Below, one piece after another: positions 49,225 to 57,445 of a stretch of 64,000 bases of DNA (the stretch's first letter is position 1; the number at the start of each line of letters is the position of its first letter). The notes beneath the pieces were generated by a model. That model did not search any database and was not told the DNA's origin. It worked only from the letters and a program-made list of their open reading frames with translations. Source of the DNA: a bacterium (GTDB lineage: Bacteria; Zhuqueibacterota; Zhuqueibacteria; Residuimicrobiales; Residuimicrobiaceae). A program made the translations under genes and the position numbers. The stretch covers positions 17-64,016 of the forward strand of contig DAIQOA010000003.1 in NCBI GenBank assembly GCA_036788095.1, given 5' to 3'.

Positions 49225-50316
49225 ATGAAAATAGGCATTGTCGGCCTGCCCTTTTCGGGCAAAAGCACGCTGTTCAACGCATTGACCGGTTCCGCGGTCA
49301 GCACCGGCGCCCACTCCATCGGCAAGGCGGAAGCCCAGCACGCGGTGGTCAAAGTGCCGGACCAACGGCTGGAGCGGTTATACCAGATCTTTAATCCGAA
49401 AAAGAATGTACCCGCCACCATCGAGTATCTGGACCTGTCCGGATTGAGCGCGGACGAGAACAAAAAGGGCGGATTCAGCGACCAGTTTCTCGGCCAGATT
49501 CGCATCGTCGACGCCATCCTGCTGGTGATCCGCTGTCATCAGAACGAGAACGTCAGCCATCCGCTCAACAGCATTGATCCCAAGCGGGACCTGCAGCTGG
49601 TGCAATCCGAGTTCATCCTCGGCGATCTGTCCATCATCGAAAACCGCATGGAGCGGCTGCAGCGGCAGATGCGCGTGCGCAAGACCGACGCGGACGTCAA
49701 AGAGTTTCATCTGCTGGAAAAATTCAAGGCGCATCTGGAAGAGGAAAAACCGCTGCGGCAGATGCCCATGGCGCCGGACGAAGAGTTGATCGTGCGCGGC
49801 TACCAATTTCTCACCCAAAAACCGCTGCTGGTGGTGCTCAACATCGATGAAAAGGACATCAGCCGCGAGGCCGAGATCACGGACGGGTTTGCCGAATGGA
49901 GCGCGCAACCGGCCACCGCGGTGCTGCCCGTGTCCGCGCGCATCGAAATGGAGATTCAGCAGCTGCCGGAGGACGAGGCGCAGGTCTTCCGCGAGGACGC
50001 CGGCATCAAAGAGGCGGCCATGGACAAGCTGATCCGCGCCTCTTACGATCTGCTCGGGTTGATCTCTTTTTTCACCGTGGGCGATGACGAAACCCGCGCC
50101 TGGACCATTCGCACCAACACCCCGGCGCCCGCGGCCGCCGGCGAAATCCACAGCGACATTGAAAAAGGGTTCATTCGCGCCGAAGTGGTGGGCTATGAAG
50201 ATTTCATCCAGCGCGGCGCCATGGCCAAATGCCGCAGCGACGCCGTGCTGCGCCTGGAGGGCAAAGAGTATATCGTTCGCAACGGCGATATCATCAATTT
50301 CAGGTTTGCGAATTAA
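49225..50316 (+). CDS. ychF: ribosome-binding ATPase YchF
   Basis: MKIGIVGLPFSGKSTLFNALT G1 motif, Obg-family GTPase core plus TGS domain. Confidence 0.95.
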   Translation: MKIGIVGLPFSGKSTLFNALTGSAVSTGAHSIGKAEAQHAVVKVPDQRLERLYQIFNPKKNVPATIEYLDLSGLSADENKKGGFSDQFLGQIRIVDAILLVIRCHQNENVSHPLNSIDPKRDLQLVQSEFILGDLSIIENRMERLQRQMRVRKTDADVKEFHLLEKFKAHLEEEKPLRQMPMAPDEELIVRGYQFLTQKPLLVVLNIDEKDISREAEITDGFAEWSAQPATAVLPVSARIEMEIQQLPEDEAQVFREDAGIKEAAMDKLIRASYDLLGLISFFTVGDDETRAWTIRTNTPAPAAAGEIHSDIEKGFIRAEVVGYEDFIQRGAMAKCRSDAVLRLEGKEYIVRNGDIINFRFAN

Positions 50317-50448
50317 AGAGCCTGCCGATCTCCTCTTTCAGGTATTGGTGGTAGCCTGAGAGGAGGATGGTTGGCATTTCTATTTCATACAAATCAATTA
50401 GTCCAATCTAAAAAATATCCCCCACCTGGCGTAAACGGGACATCTATT

Positions 50449-50995
50449 TTATACAATAAAGCGACACCCGGAGTCGCCGTAAAGGCAACGGCGACATCCG
50501 GGGTTGTCGGCAAACGCCCTCCCCGGGTGTCGCGGGCTTTGCAACCCCTGAGTGTGATCTTTTGGAGTCGCCGCAAAAAGCTCGGCAATATTTGTGGTCT
50601 AAGTGTAATCACCGCGCATAGATCTAAAACGACACCCGGAGTTGCCGCAAAGAGCGCGGCAACATCCGGGGTCGTCGGCAAACGCCCACCCCGGGTGTCG
50701 CGGGTTTTGCGACCCCGGGTGTGATCTTTTGGAGTCACCGTAAAAAGCTCGACAATATTTGTGGTCTAAGTGTGCTCACCGGGCGGAGATCTAAAGAGCG
50801 CGGCAATACCTGTAATCTGAGTATATTCACCGCGTGTAGATCTAAAGCGACACCCGGAGTCGCCGCAAAGACCGCGTCGACATTCAGGGGTCTGAGAAGC
50901 AAAGACCACGGCGACATTCAGGGGTCTGAAAAGCAAAGAGCACGGCGACATTCAGGGGTCTGAAAAGCAAAAAACGCGGCGACTTTCAGAGGTAT
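50449..50995. repeat. composite repeat array B: about 170-bp tandem duplication plus 3 x about 34-bp units; inverted copy of array A motifs
   Basis: Two about 170-bp copies with about 90% identity by eye (50458-50628, 50629-50795), partial third copy, then GACATTCAGGGGTCTGAAAAGCAAAGAnCACGGC x3; contains GCGACACCCGGAGTCGC and the reverse complement of array A strings (e.g. tttgcttttcagacccc). Confidence 0.8.
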
Positions 50996-51024
50996 AGGGT
51001 ATGTTTAAAAAACAAGGACACTAC

Positions 51025-51654
51025 ATGAAGAAAAGCGCTTTGGCGTTGCTGCTCTTTTGTGCGTGCTCTCCCCTTCCGCGGGGTTGGAGGGATATCACGC
51101 CGGGAGCGAATTTACAGGGCTGGACGGTTGTCGATGTGCCGGTTGACGGCCCGTTGTCTCCTTCGCCGCAATGGTCGGTGGACACGAAAACGGGCATCTT
51201 ATGGTGCAGCGGCCGGGGCGGCCGCGACTGGCTGCGCTACGATAAAAAAGAGTTCGGCAATTTTATTTTGCACGTTGAATGGCGGTTCGAAAAAATCGAC
51301 GAGCCGGCCAAATACAACAGCGGCGTTTTTGTCCGCAATTCGGCCGAGTTCAAAATCTGGCACCAGGCGCAATGCGGCAGCTCGAGCGGCGGATTTTTAT
51401 TCGGCAATTCGCCGGTCAACGGCGAAATCAAACGCGTCGACACCCGCGATCAGCTGTCCGGCGCCAATCCGGTCAAACCGGCCGGCGAGTGGAACTGCTA
51501 TGAGATCACCTGCATCGACAGCTCTCTGAGCCTGAAGGTGAACGGGATCGTTACCAGCCGGTGGGAGCATGTCAACGTTCTGCGCGGATACGTGGGGCTG
51601 GAGGCCGAAGGATACGCCATCTTGTTTAAAAATTTGCGCATCAAAGAACTGTAA
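51025..51654 (+). CDS. DUF1080 (3-keto-disaccharide hydrolase / LamG-like) secreted protein
   Basis: Start MKKSALALLLFCAC (AAGGA RBS); ...GNFILHVEWR...NSGVF...YVGLEAEGYAILFKNLRIKEL is the DUF1080 signature ending. Confidence 0.75.
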   Translation: MKKSALALLLFCACSPLPRGWRDITPGANLQGWTVVDVPVDGPLSPSPQWSVDTKTGILWCSGRGGRDWLRYDKKEFGNFILHVEWRFEKIDEPAKYNSGVFVRNSAEFKIWHQAQCGSSSGGFLFGNSPVNGEIKRVDTRDQLSGANPVKPAGEWNCYEITCIDSSLSLKVNGIVTSRWEHVNVLRGYVGLEAEGYAILFKNLRIKEL

Positions 51655-51843
51655 AGCGAAATCCGGTCTTTTCGTCGATCAAGACAATCTGCAAGTAGAC
51701 AGCGGGATATTGAGCTTGGTAACCAAAAAAAAAGTCCGAAGGCTTGACCGCCATCGGACTTTTTTTTATACGCTCTAGGGACCACAACATAGGTTAGCAT
51801 TTCACTGGTTACAAATCACTTCCTCCCTTTTCACCGTTGCCGA

Positions 51844-52728
51844 TCACAGCATATCCTGATACGCCAGAAACAGCGCGCGGTAATAGCGCATCACTCGCAG
51901 GGGATCCGTGCTGATGCTGCCCAGTTCGGCACAGCAATAGCCGGTGTAGCCGGATTTGCGCAGCAGGTTCAGCAGCCTGCGCCAGGGGTATTCTTCCAGA
52001 TAGAGATCGCGCATGTGGACGAAATGGATCTTTTTCTCCAGCCGTTTATAGTTGGCCTCCAGACCGCCGTCCTCCAGATCCGCCTGGTTGCAGTTCCAGC
52101 AGGCGAAGACATGGTCGTTGTTCGCATAATCAAAAATCTTTTTCATCCGCGGCACACGACTGGTCTCAGAACCATGCACTTCCACCCGTATCTCAACGCC
52201 GTGCTCTTTGGCAAAAGCGCCCACTACCGCCAGGGATTCGCCGATCTGTTTGAGCGTGGTCTCTTCCGCAATCCCCTTATCGGTGTGCAGCCGGTTGGGC
52301 CGCACCTTAACCCCTTCGGCGCCCACATCCGCGGCCAGTTCAACAAAAACCTTGCAGGTCTCAATGTTCTGTTTTAGGACCTGTGGATCCGGCGAATCGA
52401 ACTCGCACACCGAACCCAGACTGGCCAACTTGACCGGCGAGTCGGCGAATTTTTTCCGCACCTCACGGCGCTGTTCGGCGGTCAAAGAGGGTTCGACGCC
52501 ATGCGCATGGGTGGTGCGCAGCTCCACGGCTTCGAATTTGGTCTCGGTGCAGTTCTTGATCAGCGTGTCGATGTCCCACTCTTTGGCCAGGTTGTAGGTG
52601 ACCAGTCCCAGCTTTAAAGGCGTCTTGTCGTTCAACTTGGCTTTGGCCTTCGCCTGTTCAGAAGCAAGCAGCGTACCCGAGGCCATTGCCAGGGCGGATG
52701 TTTTACAAAAAATTCTTCGCGAGACCAA
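51844..52728 (-). CDS. xylose-isomerase-like TIM-barrel sugar phosphate isomerase/epimerase with Tat signal
   Basis: MVSRRIFCKTSALAMASGTLLA twin-Arg signal; AP-endonuclease-2/xylose-isomerase TIM-barrel pattern (E...D...H...E metal ligands). Confidence 0.7.
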   Translation of the reverse strand: MVSRRIFCKTSALAMASGTLLASEQAKAKAKLNDKTPLKLGLVTYNLAKEWDIDTLIKNCTETKFEAVELRTTHAHGVEPSLTAEQRREVRKKFADSPVKLASLGSVCEFDSPDPQVLKQNIETCKVFVELAADVGAEGVKVRPNRLHTDKGIAEETTLKQIGESLAVVGAFAKEHGVEIRVEVHGSETSRVPRMKKIFDYANNDHVFACWNCNQADLEDGGLEANYKRLEKKIHFVHMRDLYLEEYPWRRLLNLLRKSGYTGYCCAELGSISTDPLRVMRYYRALFLAYQDML

Positions 52729-52794
52729 GGCGACCCTCCGAATGGTTGGTTGTTGGGTAACCTTACGAAGGTGGGCGCCTTCGTAAGGTTGTTG

Positions 52795-55359
52795 CTAGAA
52801 AATCTGCCGGGCCATTTCCACCAAATAACTCATGCCGTAGGGCTTTTGCAGATACGCGCCCTGACACGCCTGCACCACCTCCAGTGCAGCGGGGATCGGC
52901 GGATAGCCGCTGGACAAAATAATGGGGATGCGCTTTTCCTGCAATATCTTTTTCGCGCAATCGAGGCCGGACATGCCCTCGAGCGAGAGATCGATCACCG
53001 CGCCATCCAGTTCGTCGAGATGACTCTGCGCCCATTGAATGGCCCGTTCGCCGGTCTCCAGCGCCGTCACTTCATAGCCGTTGTTCTCCAACGCCCGCTT
53101 CATCAACGGCGTTAGATCCGGATCATCATCCACAATCAACAGCGTTCTGGCCTGACGAAAAGCGATCACCGAAGCCTCGAGGTCCACCGGCTCCTGCTCC
53201 GACGCCAGCGCCGGCAGAAACATCTGCACCAGGGTGCCGGTCTTGGCCTGGCTGTGCACGATGAGACGGCCCTGATGGCCGGCGAAAATGCCGTAAGCAG
53301 CGGCCAAACCCAGGCCGTGGCCATGACCTTCCGGCTTGGTGGTGATGAACGGCTCGCACAACCGTTGCCAGACGCGGTCGTCGATGCCGGGCCCGTTGTC
53401 CAGCACCTCGATCACGATGGCGGCCGGAGGCCCTTCAGCGTCCGGCCATTCAGCCGGACGGGTGCGGATCATCAGCCGGTCGCCGGCCCGCTGCAGCGCC
53501 TCCATCGCATTGCGGCAAATATACTCTATGGCCTGATGCAGCAGCGAGACGTCGGCCATCACCCGGCCGCTGAGCGGGGACAGATCAAAGTGCATTCGCA
53601 CCGGCCGCGCGAACAACTCCGCCTGCAGACTGCCGGCCTGGCGAACGAGCGCATTCACCGCCACCGGCCTGCATCGCAACGGAACGCTCTGACTGAAATA
53701 CTGCAGCCGGCGCAGCAACATGAAGGTCTGTTCAATATCCTGCTGCAGGTGCAAAAACGGATCCTGTTGCGAATGCGGAATAGAGCCGGGCAGCGACAGC
53801 CAGGCGCTGCGGCTGAATGCGGAGAACAGTGGTCTCTCCAGATTGCCGGCCAACGCAGCCACCAACTGCTGCAGCCGCTCAAGATCGGCGCCCCGGCGCC
53901 AAACCCTGGCCGAAGCCAGTTCCGCTGTCAGGGCCTGATCCTGCAAAGCGGACGGCGGAGCGGCCGCCCCTTCCTCTGCCGCGGATCCACCGGCCGCAAT
54001 GACCGCCACGGTGATCAACGGCAAACCCAGCAGGTCGTTTTTCGACAGATGGACGCAAACCTCTTTTGGGTTGCCCTCGTTGTCCAGCAGCGTCAATGGC
54101 CGGCTCAGCGGCTGCTCGCTCAGGGCGTTGTCCGCTCGGAACCGTGCCAGCTCTGCGTGCCACATCTCCTGCGAGTCGCGCAGCAGCAGCTGATCAAAGT
54201 CATTGCGCACGATCGATGCAGCGGGAATGTGCAGCAGCTCCTGCATGGCCTCGTTCCACACCACCACTTGGTCGGCCGGATCAAGGACCAGCGCAGGCCG
54301 GGCCGGAGTGCGGATCAGCGAGGCGCCCTGCTCCGGCTGGCTGGCAAGCTTTTGATACAGATCGCGCAGCTGAACGCGCAGCAGAGCGGCTTTTGGCGGC
54401 GTAGAGGACGGTGGTTCTTCATCAACGGCCGCCGTTTCCCGCGACGGCTTAACAACGTTCCCGGCAACCCGCTTTTCATAAAATAAAAACTGATAACCCA
54501 CCGGTTCGTCCTGAAAGGATTTTTGCGCTTGCAGCGAAAGAACCACAGAGACCGCGGAGCCATCTTTGCGGCACAACTCCATTTCGAACTGCTGCACCGG
54601 CGCGTCGATCTCGATGAACTCGGCCAACTCGGCGCGCTTGGCCGGTTGAACGGCGAGATGGGTGAGAAAATTAAAGCCGACCATCTCGTCGGTGTTGTCG
54701 TACCCCAACAGGGCGATGGCCGGCAGATCCGCTGCGATGATGTCCAACGAGGTGGTGGTGATCACGCTGCCCTGCAATCCTTCAGCGGGCTCGTCCGCTC
54801 CGCCGGCGGACTCGAAGGACTCGGCCAGCCACTGCTGCCGGCCGGCTTCCAGCAGCCGTTGCCATTGACTGTGCAAACCGGAGGAAACCAGGATCATCCC
54901 CTCGGTGGGCGGATAAGGCTCCTGGTCCAGGTAGGCCAAAGGATCGAGCCCTTCGCCGGCAAAGCCGTCGAGCACAAAGCTCCACTTTTTCATCTCATTG
55001 GCTTGCCCGGACTCGACGCAGGCGTACAGACAGACGCCTAAATATCTCTGATGATAGACGATGGGCAGCAAGGCGCGGCGCAACAGTCCGTTGAAAAAAC
55101 TGCTGTACACGCTTTTACCGTCCGCCAGCCCCATCTCCTCCGCATGTGGCGCTGCTGTCAAAACCTTGTGGATGAATCCGTTCAATGGACTCTCACTGGT
55201 CAAGGCGGAGATCGGCGCCAGGGTCGACCGGGTGAGCGGACGGCCCTGCTGATCGTAATAGATCATTGCAAGTTTGTATTTTTCGGAAAAAGTATCAGAC
55301 AGATGCTGCAGAACAGGGGGTGCGATCAGATCAACCAGCGTTTGACTTGATGGCGTCAT
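52795..55359 (-). CDS. hybrid sensor histidine kinase / response regulator (PocR-like N-terminal sensor, PAS region, HATPase_c, C-terminal REC)
   Basis: HATPase_c N/G boxes (VIEVLDNGPGID...GHGLGLAAAYGI); C-terminal receiver LLIVDDDPDLTPLMKRALE...DLSLEGMSGLD...K; N-terminus resembles the PocR sensory domain. H-box not clearly identified. Confidence 0.65.
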   Translation of the reverse strand: MTPSSQTLVDLIAPPVLQHLSDTFSEKYKLAMIYYDQQGRPLTRSTLAPISALTSESPLNGFIHKVLTAAPHAEEMGLADGKSVYSSFFNGLLRRALLPIVYHQRYLGVCLYACVESGQANEMKKWSFVLDGFAGEGLDPLAYLDQEPYPPTEGMILVSSGLHSQWQRLLEAGRQQWLAESFESAGGADEPAEGLQGSVITTTSLDIIAADLPAIALLGYDNTDEMVGFNFLTHLAVQPAKRAELAEFIEIDAPVQQFEMELCRKDGSAVSVVLSLQAQKSFQDEPVGYQFLFYEKRVAGNVVKPSRETAAVDEEPPSSTPPKAALLRVQLRDLYQKLASQPEQGASLIRTPARPALVLDPADQVVVWNEAMQELLHIPAASIVRNDFDQLLLRDSQEMWHAELARFRADNALSEQPLSRPLTLLDNEGNPKEVCVHLSKNDLLGLPLITVAVIAAGGSAAEEGAAAPPSALQDQALTAELASARVWRRGADLERLQQLVAALAGNLERPLFSAFSRSAWLSLPGSIPHSQQDPFLHLQQDIEQTFMLLRRLQYFSQSVPLRCRPVAVNALVRQAGSLQAELFARPVRMHFDLSPLSGRVMADVSLLHQAIEYICRNAMEALQRAGDRLMIRTRPAEWPDAEGPPAAIVIEVLDNGPGIDDRVWQRLCEPFITTKPEGHGHGLGLAAAYGIFAGHQGRLIVHSQAKTGTLVQMFLPALASEQEPVDLEASVIAFRQARTLLIVDDDPDLTPLMKRALENNGYEVTALETGERAIQWAQSHLDELDGAVIDLSLEGMSGLDCAKKILQEKRIPIILSSGYPPIPAALEVVQACQGAYLQKPYGMSYLVEMARQIF

Positions 55360-55504
55360 GTCGAACCGATTTTTTCTTCAAGAGTTGAACCGCAGACGGA
55401 CCTGTAAAGGCCCAACCGTGAGGCGCTGGCGCCGGAAAAACGGCGCCACCCCTATCTGCCGGTCAAGGACGAATAAATAAATATAGGTGAAATAACCGTC
55501 AAGA

Positions 55505-56302
55505 TCAAGAATTACATTGCGAAACGGACGGCACGGGGCCGAGCAGCTGCTGCAGTTTAAAGCGAACCGGAGAATCCAGACCCAGGCCGACCAGTTCCTC
55601 GCTGCGGCGCAACAGCGCTTCCGGAGGGCCGTCCATCACCGTGCGGCCGCGCTGCAGGATCAGCAGACGGTCGGCCAGCAGCGCCTCTTCCGGAAATTGG
55701 GTGATCAGCACCGTCGTCCGCCGTGGCGTTGCCGGCTGGTCATGCCACTCCCTGAACAGGCTCACCATCTCTCTGCGGCCGGCGGGATCCAGAAGCGAGG
55801 TGGGTTCATCCAGAATCAGATAATCGGGCTCCATGGCCAGAACCGAGGCCAGCGCCAGCCGCTGTTTTTCGCCGCCGGAGAGATAATGGGGCGATTTTTG
55901 GCGGTAGGATTGCAGATGAAAACGACGCAGCATTTGCTCCACGCGGCGATGCATCTCCTCATACTCTACGCCGAGGTTTTCCAGGCCAAAGGCGATCTCG
56001 CGTTCCACGGTGGCGGAGACGATCTGGTTGTCCGGATTCTGAAAGAGCATGGCCACGCGGCGGCGGATCCGGCGCAGCTGGTCCGCATCCCGGGTATTAA
56101 GACCGTCCACCAGCACATCGCCGGTGGATGGCAGCAGCAGTCCGTTCAAACAGCGGGCCAGGGTGCTTTTGCCGCTGCCGTTGGCGCCCATGATGGCGAT
56201 AAAATCGCCGTCAGCGATTTCCAGCGACAGGTCCTCCAGCACCCGGCGGAACGCGCCCTGCTCAGAGATATAGTCAAACGATAGATGATGGACAGCGATC
56301 AA
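55505..56302 (-). CDS. ABC ATPase, ECF-transporter EcfA/CbiO-like (orphan)
   Basis: GANGSGKST Walker A, LSGGEKQRLALA signature, LILDEPTSLLD Walker B; TTG start; no EcfT or S-component adjacent. Confidence 0.75.
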   Translation of the reverse strand: MIAVHHLSFDYISEQGAFRRVLEDLSLEIADGDFIAIMGANGSGKSTLARCLNGLLLPSTGDVLVDGLNTRDADQLRRIRRRVAMLFQNPDNQIVSATVEREIAFGLENLGVEYEEMHRRVEQMLRRFHLQSYRQKSPHYLSGGEKQRLALASVLAMEPDYLILDEPTSLLDPAGRREMVSLFREWHDQPATPRRTTVLITQFPEEALLADRLLILQRGRTVMDGPPEALLRRSEELVGLGLDSPVRFKLQQLLGPVPSVSQCNS

Positions 56303-56510
56303 GGGGCAGGTTCCTGATTAACCATTCATTTTAGCGTGCCGACCGGTTGCTGAACCGGCGACGGGGTTGCGGCGGTCTTTGTTTTTGCAAATTCATCCGC
56401 TTAACCTGCGCCGTTCGTTCCGCGAAGCGGATGGACATAAACCTTGCGTAAGAAGAGCGAAGCGGCACTGCGAATTTCATGACAAAGGGCGACACGGGTG
56501 AAAGCGATCG

Positions 56511-57389
56511 TCAGAGGAATTTGTGCTCATTATTCTCAATGAGACTCTGTATTTTTGCAACTGCGTTATAATTATGATACCGTGCAAATACACTCATTTT
56601 ATTTTTCTCTTTAAGATTCATCAACGCCTCATTCCAATAGGCGAGCAAAGCTCTTCGAACGCCGTCTAATGAATAGAACTCTAAACTTTCTTCAAATGAT
56701 CCAGAAAAGAATAACGATGTTGATCTTGGCAATGCTGTAGCATACTGATCAACCTCTATTTTTCCGTCATGAGAGGCTATCCAATTGATTACATTGCCAA
56801 AATCAAAAACAAGTCTGTCCACGAGTATCATGTTCAGCTGCTTTTCACCTTTCCGAGGCAACGGACTAAAAGCAACTTCGTGGGACCCAATGTTCAAGGT
56901 AAAAAATCTGCCCCCTGAGGTTGAGGGAAATAGTACAAAAGTCCATGCACCCTGGATATCGGTCCAATGCAACAACCCGGTAAATAAAAAAAGGCGTGTA
57001 ATATATTCCAGAAAAGCTTTATCTTGAAACATCCTATCAATTTTGGGCTTGTTGACTATTTCGCTCGGGTTTATTTCGTTCAATGCTCCGGAAGCTTCAT
57101 ATAGAGATAAATAAAATAATTCTTTTTGTTGTTCGATTTGAACATTTAATTTACTTCTAAATTGATAATGTAAACTATATTCAACTTTTCGCCAATCTGC
57201 AACTTGTCTAAAATCAGATAAAATCCAAGGACCCAAACTTTTATAGGGTTCGATCGAGTTTATTTCCTTTATCCGTTTCATCGGCGGATAATCAGAGCCG
57301 CCGATTTTTATACATTCACTATTCACCGATGAAAGAATGTATATATAACCTTCTTTATTTCCCATATCTTTTCTGCTCAAAGGGTCCAT
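56511..57389 (-). CDS. T5orf172 (GIY-YIG-like) domain protein with unknown C-terminal domain, in AT-rich islet
   Basis: N-terminal GYIYILSSVNSECIKIGGSDYPPMKRIKEINS matches the T5orf172/MUG113 motif pattern; local base composition visibly AT-rich versus flanks. Confidence 0.55.
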   Translation of the reverse strand: MDPLSRKDMGNKEGYIYILSSVNSECIKIGGSDYPPMKRIKEINSIEPYKSLGPWILSDFRQVADWRKVEYSLHYQFRSKLNVQIEQQKELFYLSLYEASGALNEINPSEIVNKPKIDRMFQDKAFLEYITRLFLFTGLLHWTDIQGAWTFVLFPSTSGGRFFTLNIGSHEVAFSPLPRKGEKQLNMILVDRLVFDFGNVINWIASHDGKIEVDQYATALPRSTSLFFSGSFEESLEFYSLDGVRRALLAYWNEALMNLKEKNKMSVFARYHNYNAVAKIQSLIENNEHKFL

Positions 57390-57445
57390 TTAACGCTGAA
57401 ATTAAACCGCGGCGAACAGTGCCGCGACGACAATCCTTCACCGCC

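Noticed and set aside
50371-50738. ORFs 50371..50724(+), 50394..50738(-), 50721..50963(+) and 50735..50951(-) from the six-frame track
   Set aside because: They lie entirely inside repeat array B, their translations are repeat-derived low-complexity (TPGVA...SGVVGKRPPRVS repeated), and they lack RBSs. They are artefacts of the tandem repeats.
55360-55504. GGCGCC-containing palindromes downstream of ecfA as a possible regulatory RNA
   Set aside because: There is only a short hairpin without a U-tract, and no recognisable riboswitch consensus. It is most simply a weak terminator or incidental GC-rich palindrome.
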